This document shows positions 1 through 11,510 of a DNA stretch of 64,000 nt, one piece after another. Position 1 is the first letter of the stretch; each line of letters opens with the position of its first letter. Below the pieces are notes generated by a model that did not search any database, was not told the DNA's origin, and was given only the letters and a program-made list of their open reading frames with translations. This DNA is from an uncultured Candidatus Rokubacteria bacterium (GTDB taxonomy: Bacteria > Methylomirabilota > Methylomirabilia > Rokubacteriales > CSP1-6). A program made the position numbers and the translations under genes. Location of the stretch: the NCBI GenBank assembly GCA_963754315.1, contig CAVWFS010000015.1, positions 32,001 to 96,000 of the forward strand. Reading direction: 5' to 3'.

Positions 1-768
1 GTCCGCTGCAGTACGCGGCCCTCTTCAAGGCCGCTCAGCGGCTCACTCCAGCGACCCGTGAAGTTCGGAGCCATCACCGCTCAGTCGCTCGTCAAGATGC
101 TCCTCAACCGCCACTACGCCTCGGAGCGCGAGCTGGTCCTGGCCCTCGCCGACGTCTTCAACGCGGAACTGCGGGAGGTGGCCGCTTCCGGTTGCCGGGT
201 CATCCAGGTGGAGGAGCCTCAACACCACATCGCCGGCGCCAACGGCACCGCCACCGACAAGGACCTCGAGTTCTTCACGGAGGCTGTCAACCGTGAGATC
301 GCGGGAGTCGACACGGAGGTATGGCTGCACACCTGCTGGGGGAACCCCAACCAGCAGCCGCTGCACTGGGAACGGCCCTCCTACGAGCGTTCGCTACCCC
401 ACCTGCTCCGGACGAACGCCGACGTGATCACCCTGGAGTGCGCGTCGACGAACGGCCGCGACCTTCCCCTCCTCGGGAGGCACCGGACCGACAAGAAGAT
501 CGCCATCGGCGTGGTGAACCACTCGACGGCCGCCGTGGAGCCGCCCGAGTTCGTGGCGTCCTTGATCCGGCGGGCTCTGGAGTACGTCCCCCCCGAGCGT
601 CTCGTGCTCTCCACGGATTGCGGCTTCGGGCGCGAGGGTCTCGCCCGCCGCATCGCGTTTTACAAGTGCGTGGCCATCAACCTGGGCGCCAACATCGTGC
701 GTCGCGAGCTGAAGCTCCCTGAAGTCGAAATTCCCGTCACCGACCCTCGCTGGACGTTCGCCGGATAG
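1..768 (+). CDS. Cobalamin-independent methionine synthase II (MetE-like) family protein, 5'-partial, probable frameshift near 49
   Basis: Zn-binding motifs HTCWGN and STDCGFG; upstream frame-3 text PLQYAALFKAAQRLT joins RPVKFG if one C near 49 is removed. Confidence 0.8.
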   Translation, partial: VRCSTRPSSRPLSGSLQRPVKFGAITAQSLVKMLLNRHYASERELVLALADVFNAELREVAASGCRVIQVEEPQHHIAGANGTATDKDLEFFTEAVNREIAGVDTEVWLHTCWGNPNQQPLHWERPSYERSLPHLLRTNADVITLECASTNGRDLPLLGRHRTDKKIAIGVVNHSTAAVEPPEFVASLIRRALEYVPPERLVLSTDCGFGREGLARRIAFYKCVAINLGANIVRRELKLPEVEIPVTDPRWTFAG

Positions 769-804
769 CGCCAGCAGACTCTCTTATAGGTCGTTGCGCT
801 GCGC

Positions 805-1383
805 ATGGCCGTCAGGAAATCAAGCATGACGCTCACGATCCGCCCGCTCACGCCCGATCTGTGGCCCGCGCTCGAAGATCTGTTCGGCAAGAACGGCGCC
901 TGCGGCGGCTGCTGGTGCATGTATTGGCGGATCGGCAGCACCTATCTCAAGAGGCCGCGGGCGCACAACAAGGCGGCGTTTCGAGAGGTCGTGAAGCGCG
1001 GTCCGCCACCGGGCTTGCTCGCCTTCGACGGCGATGTGGCCGTGGGCTGGTGCCAGCTGACGCCGCGCCATGCCCTGCCGTGGCTTGATCGCGCGTGGCG
1101 GGTCAGGCGCGTCGACGGGGTGCCGGTCTGGTCGCTCTCCTGCTTCTATGTGCGCATCGGCTATCGCAGACGGGGCGTTACGTCCGCGCTGATCGCAGCG
1201 GCGTTGAAAGTCGCCAAGCGCGCACGAGCTCCCGCGCTCGAAGCCTATCCCCTCGATGCGGATTTGTCTCCAAGCGCTTCGGGCACCGGCTATGCCTCGA
1301 CCTTCGCGCGTGCCGGATTCAACACGGTGGCTTGCCGCGTGCCGCCTCGCCCCATCATGCGCCACGACCTCAAGGCGATATAG
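805..1383 (+). CDS. GNAT family N-acetyltransferase
   Basis: CGGCWCMYWR N-terminal motif, CFYVR..YRRRGVTSAL acetyl-CoA motif, LEAYP. Confidence 0.85.
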   Translation: MAVRKSSMTLTIRPLTPDLWPALEDLFGKNGACGGCWCMYWRIGSTYLKRPRAHNKAAFREVVKRGPPPGLLAFDGDVAVGWCQLTPRHALPWLDRAWRVRRVDGVPVWSLSCFYVRIGYRRRGVTSALIAAALKVAKRARAPALEAYPLDADLSPSASGTGYASTFARAGFNTVACRVPPRPIMRHDLKAI

Positions 1384-1410
1384 AGCCGCGCGAGGCCCGC
1401 TGGGGGCGGG

Positions 1411-2509
1411 TCAGTTGAAAACCAGTACGGTACGGGCCACTTCGCCGGCCTTCATGGCACGGAAGGCCTCGTTGATGTCGCTGAGCTGTCCGCGGCGGCT
1501 CACCATCTCGTCGAGCAGGAGCCGTCCCTGGCGATAGAAGTCGAGGTAGCGCGGAATATCCACCCGGAATCGATTGGATCCCATCCGCGACGTCTGCACG
1601 CGGCACTCCGGTCGGATGGCCATCCACGGGAACTCGATCGTCGCGTCCGGCGGCAAGACTCCGACGATGGTGGCCGTGCCCCGGATGGCCAGGCTCTCGA
1701 TCGCCTGGCGCACCAAGGTCGCATTCCCCACCGCCTCGAACGCGTGATCGACGCCGGCGCCCGCCGTCAACGCGCGGACGGCCTTGACCGGATCGTCCTG
1801 CCCGCTGTTCACGACGTGGGTGGCCCCCACCCGCCGGGCCATCTCGAGCTTGGACTCGAAGATGTCAACAGCGATGATCTGCCGGGCGCCCGCCGATGCG
1901 CGCGCCCTGCACGATCGAGAGTCCCACGCCCCCGCAGCCGAACACGGCCACCGTCTGCCCCGCTTCGAGGCCGGAGGTTCTCAGCGCGGCCCCCACCCCA
2001 GTCAGCACGCCACAGCCCACCAGGGCGGCGCGGTCGAGGGGCAAGTCGGGGTCGATCTTCACCAGAGAGTTCTCGTGGAGCAGCATCCGCTCGGCGTAGC
2101 TGGAGATGCCGATGAACTGCCGGAAGGGATCACCCCGCTGGGATAGCCGGGGTGGAGCCGACTCGGGACGGGTGACGATTCCCCCGACGCAGAGGTTCGG
2201 GTGGCCCCCGAGACACTGCGCACAGTTCCCACAGAAGCCCGAGAGACACGCCACCACATGATCGCCGGGACGGACCGATGTCACCTCGGTCCCGACCGCC
2301 TCCACCACCCCGGACCCCTCGTGACCCAGCACGATCGGTCGATCCAGCGTGAACCGCGAGTGGCCATCCACGACGTGGAGATCGCTGTGGCACACACCCG
2401 TGGCCGCCGTGCGCACCAGCACTTCGCGGCTGGTGGGTTTGTCGATTTCTACCGATTCGATCGTGAGGGGCGCGTGCACCTTCCGGAAGACCGCGGCCTG
2501 CATCTGCAT
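1411..2509 (-). CDS. Zn-dependent alcohol dehydrogenase, split by a frameshift near 1890
   Basis: GVCHSD, GHEGSG, structural Zn CGNCAQC..C and GCGGVG; removing one G near 1890 gives RIGGARQIIAVDIFESKLEMARR, joining ORFs 1865-2509 and 1411-1842. Confidence 0.9.
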
Positions 2510-2555
2510 CGGGTTGCCTCCGTTGTACGAGCTCGGCGCAGTATACTCCCTGGCC

Positions 2556-3557
2556 CTACCTCCCGGGCCGGAGCCCCAGGAAATCCTCGGCGTTCGTCTC
2601 GAGGACGCGCTGACGGGTGGCGGCGTCGAGCGGTGTTTCGTCGAGAGACTTCACGGGATCGTCGTACCCCATCCGGAACGGGTAGTCGCTCCCGAGCACG
2701 ACGCGGTCCGCACCGTGCGTGTCGAGGATGTAGCGCAGGGCGGGCCCGGAATGGGTGATGGAGTCGACCCAGAAGCGGCTCGCGTAGGCGCTCGGTGGGC
2801 GTGGCACGGCCGCCTTGCCTTCGGGCATCACCGCCCACCCGCGGTCCACCCGGCCCACCACGAACGCGAAGGCGCCTCCCCCGTGGGCAAAGCACCACCG
2901 CAGGCGTGGCCAGCGATCGAGGAGTCCGCCATAGATCACACGCGTGATGGCGAGCGCGGTCTCCAGCGGATTGCCGAGCACGAGCGGGAGGTTGTACGCG
3001 CGGACACGGTCGATGCCCAGAACAGGCGCGGCCGGGTGCACGAAGAGGGCGAGGTCGAGCGCGTCGGCCGCCTCCCAGACGGGGCCGAGCGCCGGATCGT
3101 CGAGATCGCGCCCGTCCACGCTGGAGCCGATCTCTATACACCGGAACCCCTGTCGCGCCACGCGCTCGAGCTCTTTCACCGCGAGAGCCGGAGCCTGCAA
3201 GGGGACGATGGCCGCCCCCAAGAACCGGGAAGGATGCGCGGCCACCACCTCGGCGATCGTGTCGTTGTGAAGACGACAGAACTCGGCCGCCGCCGTCGGG
3301 TCGGCCCAGTAGCAGAACATGAGCGGTGGCGGCGACAGCACCTGACGCTCGATGCCGAGCCGATCGAGATCCATCACCCGCAGGCTCGGATCGAAGACCT
3401 GCTCGGTCAGGCCGCGGTCCCGCTCGCTCCCTCGGTAGAGCGAGCAGCCGCCACCTTCCTCGCGGACGAGGCGAGGCCAGCGGGGATCGGCGTAACGGGC
3501 GAGAAAGGCGTCCCAGCCACGAGGCAAGATGTGGGTGTGGACGTCGATCGCGCCCAT
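2556..3557 (-). CDS. Amidohydrolase-2 family protein (ACMSD-like decarboxylase/hydratase)
   Basis: IDVHTH, FVHP, AHGGG and GSDYPF motifs. Confidence 0.85.
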   Translation of the reverse strand: MGAIDVHTHILPRGWDAFLARYADPRWPRLVREEGGGCSLYRGSERDRGLTEQVFDPSLRVMDLDRLGIERQVLSPPPLMFCYWADPTAAAEFCRLHNDTIAEVVAAHPSRFLGAAIVPLQAPALAVKELERVARQGFRCIEIGSSVDGRDLDDPALGPVWEAADALDLALFVHPAAPVLGIDRVRAYNLPLVLGNPLETALAITRVIYGGLLDRWPRLRWCFAHGGGAFAFVVGRVDRGWAVMPEGKAAVPRPPSAYASRFWVDSITHSGPALRYILDTHGADRVVLGSDYPFRMGYDDPVKSLDETPLDAATRQRVLETNAEDFLGLRPGR

Positions 3558-3566
3558 CGTGTTCCG

Positions 3567-3767
3567 CTAGTCTTCGTCTCCTCGGAAACGCCTGGCCGCC
3601 CGGCGCCGCTTCTTGCGCGCCAACGCCTGCTTGCGTTTCCGCTTGACCGATGGCTTCTCGTAGTAGGCGCGGCGCTTCATCTCCTGAAAGACGCCGTCCT
3701 TCAGCATCTGCTTCTTGAGTTGTTTTAGAGCAGCCTCGATCTGGTTCTCGACGACTTCGATCTTCAC
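3567..3767 (-). CDS. rpsU: 30S ribosomal protein S21
   Basis: IEAALKQLKK...EMKRRAYYEKPSVKRKRK signature. Confidence 0.95.
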   Translation of the reverse strand: MKIEVVENQIEAALKQLKKQMLKDGVFQEMKRRAYYEKPSVKRKRKQALARKKRRRAARRFRGDED

Positions 3768-3798
3768 CGGCTCGTCACCTGCCTATCCGCGCTTCGCG

Positions 3799-4110
3799 TT
3801 ACCACCGGCCGCGACCACCGCCCCCACCGCCGCCGCTTCGACGGGGTGGTCCACCCTTCCCGGCTGCAGACGACGAGATCTCGACTCTGATCTGACGACC
3901 GTCAAGGTCCGTGCCGTTCAACCGGGCAATCGCGGCATTGGCCTCGCCAGCCGAGGCCATTTCCACGAAGCCGAACCCGCGCGAGCGACCGGTGTCGCGG
4001 TCGGTGGCCACCGTGACGGACTCGACGGTGCCGAAACCGGCGAAGACCTCCCGCAGGCGATCAGAGGAAGTCGAGAACGAGAGACCACCGACGAAGAGCT
4101 TGACCGCCAT
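3799..4110 (-). CDS. RRM-domain RNA-binding protein with Gly/Arg-rich tail
   Basis: MAVKLFVGGLSF (RNP2), RGFGFVEM (RNP1); AAGGAG upstream of ATG 4110. Confidence 0.93.
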   Translation of the reverse strand: MAVKLFVGGLSFSTSSDRLREVFAGFGTVESVTVATDRDTGRSRGFGFVEMASAGEANAAIARLNGTDLDGRQIRVEISSSAAGKGGPPRRSGGGGGGGRGRW

Positions 4111-4341
4111 GGACGGTGCTCCTTGGATGACCTTCCGATAGTCATCACGACCAGAACCCGGAAGCAGCTCAGGGCGCGGCTTGATGGTGAGTCGGGTTCC
4201 CGCTGAACACGACACCCAGGCGCCCCCCGAGTCTACACGACTCGGCAGGCTACCGCTCGGCGACTTTACCGCGGATTTTTTGGGACTCCCAGGGAGGCAG
4301 TCCTGGTCATGACGCACCGCATCACTACGTGGCTACGGACC

Positions 4342-5772
4342 CTAGCAGACCGGTCGCTGCAGGACGACGGGGTCGATTCGGCGCGTGAGCTGGCGGCCCC
4401 CGCTCAGGCTGCCCAGCAGGGTGCCGCGCTCGACGACCAGGGCGCCGCGAAGCATCGTCATGATCGGCCAGCCCGAGACCTCCCATCCTTCCCATGGACT
4501 GTAGTCGGTGACGTGGAAGTCCCCTCGGGTCAACGTCTTTCTGATAGCGGGGTCGATGAAGGCGAGATCGGCGTCGCTGCCGGGGGCAATCACGCCCTTG
4601 CGCGGGTACAGCCCAAAGATCCGGGCCGCATTCGTTGATGTGACGTCGGCGAACCGGGTGAGGGCCATCCCGCGCTTCACCACGCCCTCACTGTACGCGA
4701 TGCCCATGCGCGCCTCCGCCCCGACATTGCCCCCCGTGACGTCCTCGATGGTGCGCCCTCGAAGCTTCAGCTCGAGCGAGGTGGGGTATTCGTCGGTGGC
4801 CAGACAGGACAGACCTTCCTTGACCAGGCCCGTCCAGAGCGCCTGCTGATCTTCGGGAAATTTCAGCGACGGGTAGGTATGAGAGCAGAAGCCGCGCGGC
4901 GTCTTGTAGTACTCGGCGTTGAAGCACGCGTACTGGTGGAGCGTCTCTCCGTAGACCGGCAAGCCGCTGGCCCGCGCCTCGGCAATCGCCTCGACCCCCT
5001 CGACGGCCGAGGTGTGCACGAAGTACACCGCCGCCCCCGTGTGGCGGGCCAGAGCCGTGGTACGGCGGAAGGCCAGGAGCTCGGAAATCTTGTTGTGGAC
5101 GAGGTGCAGGTTCGTCCCGTCGAGGCGACCTTCGGCGCGGAAGCGCTCGTAGTTGAACTGCACGATGTCCTCGTCCTCACCGTGCACGACCATGAGGCCG
5201 CCGTGGGCAGCCACGCGCTCCATCGCGTACTGGATCCGGCCGAAGTCGAGGCGGTTCCCGGCTCGCTTGGGGTGGGGAGGCAGCACGTTGGTGGTGAAAA
5301 CCTTGAAGCTCGGATAGCCCTGGCGGATAGCCTCGCCAATGTCCTCGAACACCTTGAGATCGAGGGCGCCGCACAGGGTGACGTGAAACGCATAGTCGAC
5401 GTAGGACTGGCCTTTCCAGCGGGCTGCCCGTGATTCGATGGCCTCGGGAATGGTCGTCCCCGGCCGCACGTAGCAGAAGTCGATGTGGGTCGTGGTGCCG
5501 CCGAACGCCATTCCGCGCGTGTCGTCCTCGGGTCCCAAGGTGATGGCGGGCTGCTCGGGATGGCTCATGATGGAGTGCGCAAGATGAGTGTGCGGATCGA
5601 TGCCGCCAGGAACGACGACGAGACCTGTGGCATCGATGATCCGCGCGGAGCCCGTCGGCAGCACGCCGGACGCCACCACGGCCGCGATGCGTTCACCCTC
5701 GATCGCGATGTCCCACGCCCCCACCCCTTGGGGCGTGACCACCTGCCCGCCGCGCACGATCAGATCAATCAT
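4342..5772 (-). CDS. Dihydropyrimidinase/hydantoinase-like cyclic amidohydrolase
   Basis: PGGIDPHTH, GGTTT, SFKVF, FGLYPRKGVIAPGSDAD. Confidence 0.85.
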   Translation of the reverse strand: MIDLIVRGGQVVTPQGVGAWDIAIEGERIAAVVASGVLPTGSARIIDATGLVVVPGGIDPHTHLAHSIMSHPEQPAITLGPEDDTRGMAFGGTTTHIDFCYVRPGTTIPEAIESRAARWKGQSYVDYAFHVTLCGALDLKVFEDIGEAIRQGYPSFKVFTTNVLPPHPKRAGNRLDFGRIQYAMERVAAHGGLMVVHGEDEDIVQFNYERFRAEGRLDGTNLHLVHNKISELLAFRRTTALARHTGAAVYFVHTSAVEGVEAIAEARASGLPVYGETLHQYACFNAEYYKTPRGFCSHTYPSLKFPEDQQALWTGLVKEGLSCLATDEYPTSLELKLRGRTIEDVTGGNVGAEARMGIAYSEGVVKRGMALTRFADVTSTNAARIFGLYPRKGVIAPGSDADLAFIDPAIRKTLTRGDFHVTDYSPWEGWEVSGWPIMTMLRGALVVERGTLLGSLSGGRQLTRRIDPVVLQRPVC

Positions 5773-5840
5773 GGGCGGAGCCTAACCGAGCCTCCTCCCA
5801 CCGTCAACGATGCCCCGCGGTCGGGTCCGGAATGTCCAGG

Positions 5841-7265
5841 CTAGTGACACCGAGCCACGCCCGAATCGGTGAAGGTCCGTCCCGGAACCGGGATGAACTG
5901 CCACTCGTAGCTCCTCGCGTGAAGAGTCAGCTTGAGGACGCCGAACGTGTCATTGTTGCGGATCTCGCTGTTGGTCAGGGCGGGTCCGACGAATGGATGA
6001 TGCGTTGCACCACCGGTACCCACGACGAACTGCCGGAGGCCTCGGCGTGCATCAGCGACCCCATCAGGGCGCTGAGGGACGAAGCGCTCGTAGATGTGAT
6101 CGTGCCCTCCCAGCACGACCTCCGCACCGCTGTCGAACAGAGCCTGCCAGAACGGGACGTAGATAGGGTCGCTCCCGTGCCCACCCGAGCTGAAGCGTGG
6201 GTGGTGCCAGTAGGCGAGTGTGCAGGCGCGCGGCTCCGAGGCAAGCTCGTGGCGGAGCCACCGTTCCTGGGGTGAGCCGGCGCCGCACCCCCCGATCTCG
6301 GCGCAGTTGGAATTCAGCACGATGATGCGCCACGCGCCGTGGTCGTAGGCGTAGTAACCCTTGTCAGGGGACCCGGCGGCGGCCCCGAAATACTCGAAGT
6401 ATCCCGAGGCGCCGGCGGTCAGGTAGTCGTGGTTCCCCGGAGTTGGGCGGGTCCGAGCCCGGTGGCGGCCCCAGCTCTCCTCGTAGCACGCCGCGAACTC
6501 GATGGGCGTCCCCGCCTCGTAGGCGTGATCGCCCAGGGTGAACACGATCCCATCTATCGTATCGAGCAGAACCGCGGTGGCCTCGTCACCCTCGCTGAGG
6601 CAGGACGCGATGTCACCGGCCCCGACCAACACCACCGCCCCTGGGGCCGCGGCGCCGGGCCGCCGGTCCACGAGCGCTCGCAGCTTCTCGATGAAATCGC
6701 CGTAGGAGGAACGTGCGATGAGCTTGGTGAACTGACTGCGGTAGTTGTTGACCAGGCTCACGCCATCGACGTCGAGATCGTAGATCTTCCACGCGCCGCT
6801 CGGGTCGCGCCAGGTCTCGTAGTCAACGGGAATCCGGCGTCCCTGCTTGGTGTAGATCTCCGTCCGCACCCGCGCCCGCTCGCCATCAGCCTGCTCACCC
6901 AGGTAGGCGAATCGCTCACGATCGGCCAGCTGGATCCGGGACAGGTACGTCCGCTGAAACAGCTGGGAGAAGAGGTCCACGAATTCGGTACGCTCGGCCG
7001 GCGTCCGCGCCTCCCAGTGCGGACCCAGGGACCGCTTGGCCATCTCGGTCCAGTCGAACATCTCGTCGAGGACTTTGCGGGCCTGGGCTTGCCTGTCACC
7101 AGACGGGGCCCCTCCCGACGCACCCTCCACGAGAAGGTCATAGAGTTTCTCGATGCCGGTTCGGATGGAGTCCGTCGGCGCTCCCGCGCGCGCGGTGGGG
7201 GGAACGTCGAGAGCGATCATCAATGCCGTGAAGAGCCCAGCGGTGAGGGAGCGCAGATAGTGCAT
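5841..7265 (-). CDS. Secreted fusion: MlaC/Ttg2D-like domain plus calcineurin-like metallophosphoesterase
   Basis: Signal peptide; WKIYDLDVDGVSLVNNYRSQF (MlaC-type); AGDIA, GDHAY, GNHDY, HHP, GHDH (metallophosphoesterase). Confidence 0.8.
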   Translation of the reverse strand: MHYLRSLTAGLFTALMIALDVPPTARAGAPTDSIRTGIEKLYDLLVEGASGGAPSGDRQAQARKVLDEMFDWTEMAKRSLGPHWEARTPAERTEFVDLFSQLFQRTYLSRIQLADRERFAYLGEQADGERARVRTEIYTKQGRRIPVDYETWRDPSGAWKIYDLDVDGVSLVNNYRSQFTKLIARSSYGDFIEKLRALVDRRPGAAAPGAVVLVGAGDIASCLSEGDEATAVLLDTIDGIVFTLGDHAYEAGTPIEFAACYEESWGRHRARTRPTPGNHDYLTAGASGYFEYFGAAAGSPDKGYYAYDHGAWRIIVLNSNCAEIGGCGAGSPQERWLRHELASEPRACTLAYWHHPRFSSGGHGSDPIYVPFWQALFDSGAEVVLGGHDHIYERFVPQRPDGVADARRGLRQFVVGTGGATHHPFVGPALTNSEIRNNDTFGVLKLTLHARSYEWQFIPVPGRTFTDSGVARCH

Positions 7266-7486
7266 AGGGTCTCCTGAAGCCCACCCGTATGGTCCGGACG
7301 TTACGTGAGCGCCTCAGCCCCGTCAACGCGCCCCCCTTGAGCGCGACTCGGCGCGAGGAAATCGGGGCGAGCTGCGTCTCGCGGGCGATCTGCCAGCTTG
7401 CGGGGGCACACTGCCGTGGTCATGGCGTCAATTTGGCGGAGACGCTACCATGAGCGCCACGAGGTCCTTAGAAGGGAGACACGACG

Positions 7487-9380
7487 ATGATCCAGGATCG
7501 TGCACCGGCGTGGAGGCGAGCGGTCGGAGAGCGTAAAGCCTGCCGGGCGGTGCTGGGCATCGCGCTGTGCCTCGGACTGCTCGGCGAGGGGCCCTCGGAG
7601 GCCCAGACGGCAAGGCGGCAAGGTCACCACGTCCAACGCCATCTCGATGTACGGCGACCTCAAGTACCCCCCGGGCTTCAAGCACTTCGAGTACGCCAAC
7701 GCCGAGGCCCCCAAGGGTGGAGACGTCAAGCTCGCCGCCATCGGGACCTTCGACACGCTCAACCCCTTCATCGTGAAGGGAGTGCCGGCGGTCGGGCTGG
7801 GCGGCGTCTTCGAGACCCTCATGGTCAGCTCGCTGGACGAGCCGTTTTCCCAGTATGGGCTGCTGGCCGAGAGCATCGAGGTGCCGGCCGACCGGTCGTG
7901 GGTAGCCTTCACCCTGCGCCCCGAGGCGCGGTTTCACGACGGCACACCCGTCACCGTCGACGACGTGATCTGGACCTTCGAGACCTTGAAGAGCAAGGGC
8001 CAGCCGTTCTTCCGTAGCTACTACGCCCAGGTGGTGAAGGCCGAGCGGGCGGGCGATCGCAAGGTCAAGTTCACCTTCGGTCCCGGGGAGAACCGCGAGT
8101 TGCCCCTGATCGTCGGCCAGCTCCCCGTCCTTTCCAAGGCGGCCTGGAGCAAGCGCGATTTCGAGAAGACGACCTTGGAGCCTCCCCTCGGCAGCGGCCC
8201 TTACCGCATCGAGACGGTCGATGCGGGGCGCTCCATCACCTACCGGCGCGTCAAGGACTACTGGGGGGCCAAGCTCCCCGTGCGCACCGGTCAGGACAAC
8301 TTCGACAGCATGCGCTATGACTACTATCGCGACATCACGGTCGCGGTGGAGGCGCTCAAAGCAGGCGAGTTCGATTTTCGTCAGGAAAACGTGGCCAAGA
8401 ACTGGGCGACCGCCTACAACGTCCCCGTGGTCACCCAAGGTCTCCTCAAGAAGGAGGGCATCAAGAACGAAGTCCCCACCGGAATGCAGGCCTTCGTGTT
8501 CAACACACGGCGCCCCATCTTCGCGGACGCGCGGGTGCGACGTGCCCTCGGCTACGCCTTCGACTTCGACTGGATGAACAAGAATCTCTTCTTCGGCACC
8601 TACACGCGGACCAAGAGCTTCTTCTCCAACTCGGAGCTGGCCTCGCGCGGGCTTCCCAGTCCCGACGAGCTGAAGATCCTCGAGCCCTTCCGTGGCAAGA
8701 TCCCCGAGGAGGTCTTCACCAAGGAATATCAACCCCCGGACGGCAGCGATCAGCGCGAGGCGGCGCGCGAGGCCCTCCGACTCCTGGGGGAAGCCGGCTG
8801 GGTCGTGAAGGGCCAGAAGCTCGTCAATACCAAGACGGGCGAGCCCATGACGTTCGAGATTCTCCTCTCCGATCCCACCTGGGAACGCATCGCGCTTCCC
8901 TTCGCCAAGAGCCTGGAGCGGTTAGGCGTGACGGCCAAGGTCCGCACGGTGGACACCGCGCAGTACCAGAACCGCCTCGACAACTTCGACTTCGACATGG
9001 TGGTGACCGTGTGGGGGCAATCCTTGTCGCCGGGTAACGAGCAACGGGACGACTGGGGGTCGGCGGCGGCCTCTGCCCCCGGCAGCCGCAACCTCGCCGG
9101 TATCAAGGACCCTACGATAGACAAGCTCATCGAGCTGGTCATCCAGGCGCCCGACCGGCCAAGCCTCGTCACCCGCACGCGGGCGCTCGATCGCGTCCTC
9201 CTGTGGGGCTCGTACGTGATACCCCAGTGGCACATCAACCTCTTCCGGGTCGTCTACTGGGACAAATTCGGCCGGCCCGCCGTCAGCCCCAAGTACGGGC
9301 TCGGCTTCAGCACCTGGTGGGTTGATCCCCAGAAGGAGACGGCACTGGCAAAGCGCCGCGGTGAGGTGCTGAAGAAGTAA
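7487..9380 (+). CDS. yejA: YejA-like peptide ABC transporter substrate-binding protein, frameshift near 7608
   Basis: AISMYGDLKYPPGFKHFEY, PKGG, TFDTLNPF; the signal peptide lies in the frame starting at ATG 7487 (GGGAG upstream). Confidence 0.85.
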
Positions 9381-10493
9381 GTGCTCGCCTACGTCGTCCG
9401 GCGCCTGCTCCTGATGATCCCCACCCTGCTCGGGATCATGGTCATCAATTTCGTCATCGTGCAGGCGGCGCCGGGGGGGCCCGTGGAGCTGATGATCGCC
9501 CGCATCAAGGGCACCGCGGTGGAAGCCACCGCTCGTCTCGGCGGGTCCGCCGGCGGCGAAACAGCGGTGGGGCGCGCCGCCGAATCAGCGCCGGCGGCCG
9601 AGGTGACCAGCAAGTACCGGGGGGCGCGCGGGCTCGACCCCGAGCTGGTGCGCGCGCTGGAGCGCCAGTTCGGCTTCGACAAGCCCGCCCACGTTCGCTT
9701 CATGCACATGCTCCGCAGCTACCTGGCCCTGGATTTCGGCACCAGCTTCTTTCGTGACCAGCGGGTGATCGATCTCATCGTACAGAAGATGCCCGTGTCG
9801 GTCTCGCTCGGGCTGTGGACGACCCTGCTCATCTATCTCATCTCGATTCCGCTCGGCGTGGCCAAGGCGGTGCGGGATGGATCCGCCTTCGACGTCTGGA
9901 CGAGCGGGGTCGTCATCGTCGGCTACGCCATCCCCGGCTTCCTCTTCGCCATCCTCCTCATCGTGCTCTTCGCGGGCGGGAGCTTCGTGGCGTGGTTCCC
10001 CCTGCGCGGGCTCGTCTCCGAGGGCTGGGTGGACATGACGTGGCCGCAGCGCATCAAGGACTACTTCTGGCATCTCGCGCTACCGGTGACGGCTCTGGTC
10101 GTCGGCGGCTTCGCCGGGCTCACCATGCTGACCAAGAATTCCTTCCTGGAGGAGATCAACAAGCAGTACGTGGTGACGGCGCGCGCCAAGGGGCTCGCCA
10201 AGCAGCGCGTTCTCTACGGGCACGTGTTCCGCAACGCCATGCTCATCGTGGTGGCCGGGTTCCCGGCCGCCTTCGTGAGCATTCTCTTCACGGGCGCGCT
10301 CCTCATCGAGGTCATCTTCTCTCTCGATGGGCTGGGGCTCCTCGGCTTCGAGGCGGCCCTGAACCGTGACTACCCGATCATGTTCGGCGCGCTCTACATC
10401 TACACCTTGATCGGACTCGTGCTCAATTTGGTGACCGACCTCATGTACGTGGCCGTCGATCCTCGCATCGACTTTGCCACGCGCGAGGCATGA
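9381..10493 (+). CDS. yejB: YejB-like ABC transporter permease
   Basis: [28 protein letters not shown] loop. Confidence 0.9.
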   Translation: MLAYVVRRLLLMIPTLLGIMVINFVIVQAAPGGPVELMIARIKGTAVEATARLGGSAGGETAVGRAAESAPAAEVTSKYRGARGLDPELVRALERQFGFDKPAHVRFMHMLRSYLALDFGTSFFRDQRVIDLIVQKMPVSVSLGLWTTLLIYLISIPLGVAKAVRDGSAFDVWTSGVVIVGYAIPGFLFAILLIVLFAGGSFVAWFPLRGLVSEGWVDMTWPQRIKDYFWHLALPVTALVVGGFAGLTMLTKNSFLEEINKQYVVTARAKGLAKQRVLYGHVFRNAMLIVVAGFPAAFVSILFTGALLIEVIFSLDGLGLLGFEAALNRDYPIMFGALYIYTLIGLVLNLVTDLMYVAVDPRIDFATREA

Positions 10494-11510
10494 CCCCGCT
10501 CTTCCGGCGGCGGGTGCATAACTTCAAGGCGAATCGCCGGGGCTTCTGGTCGCTCTGGATCTTCCTGGTGCTCTTCGTGGTAAGCCTGGGGGCGGAGTTC
10601 ATCGCCAACGACGACCCTCTCCTCGTGCGCTACGACGGGCGTTTCTACTTTCCGATCTTCCGTGCCTACCCCGAGACGACGTTCGGGGGTGTGTTCCCCA
10701 CCGAGACCGTCTATCGCGATTCGGCCGTGATCCGCCTCATCCAGGAGAAGGGATGGATCCTCTGGCCTCCCATTCCGTTCAGCTACGACACGATCAACTA
10801 CGATCTGCCGGTGCCGGCGCCGGCCCCGCCGTCGTCGGGTCAACTGGCTGGGCACCGACGATCAGGGCCGTGATCTCCTGGCCCGGCTCATCTATGGCTT
10901 TCGCATCTCCGTGCTGTTCGGCCTCATCCTCACCGCGCTCAGCTCCGTCATCGGAATCCTGGCCGGAGCCGTGCAGGGCTACTTCGGGGGGTGGGTCGAT
11001 CTCGCCTTCCAGCGCTTCATCGAGATCTGGTCGGGGCTCCCGGTGCTCTACCTGCTCATCATCCTGGCCAGCGTGGTGGAGCCGAACTTCTGGTGGCTTC
11101 TCGGGCTCATGCTGCTCTTCAGCTGGATGGCGCTGGTCGGCGTGGTGCGGGCCGAGTTCTACCGGACGCGCAACTTCGACTACGTGCGGGCCGCCCGCGC
11201 CCTCGGAGTGGCCAATCGCCTCATCATGTGGCGCCATGTCCTTCCCAACGCCATGGTGGCCGCCCTCACCTTCTTGCCGTTCATCCTGAACGGCTCCATC
11301 ACCACCCTGACCTCCCTCGATTTTCTGGGCTTCGGGCTGCCTCCAGGGTCGCCTTCGCTGGGAGAAATTCTGGCCCAGGGCAAGGCGAATCTCCACGCGC
11401 CGTGGATCGGCATCACCGGCTTTCTCATCCTGGGCGTGATGCTGAGCCTGCTCGTGTTCGTGGGCGAGGCCGTGCGCGACGCCTTCGATCCGCGAAAGAC
11501 GGTGGCGTGA
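10490..11510 (+). CDS. yejE: YejE-like ABC transporter permease, frameshift near 10838
   Basis: [18 protein letters not shown]; removing one G gives [16 protein letters not shown], joining ORF 10911-11510. Confidence 0.88.

Noticed and set aside
4227..4245. Hairpin CCGAGTC-TACAC-GACTCGG upstream of the RRM gene as an ncRNA or riboswitch
   Set aside because: It is a single short stem overlapping a probable -10 (TAGACT, minus strand), with no recognisable RNA family features.
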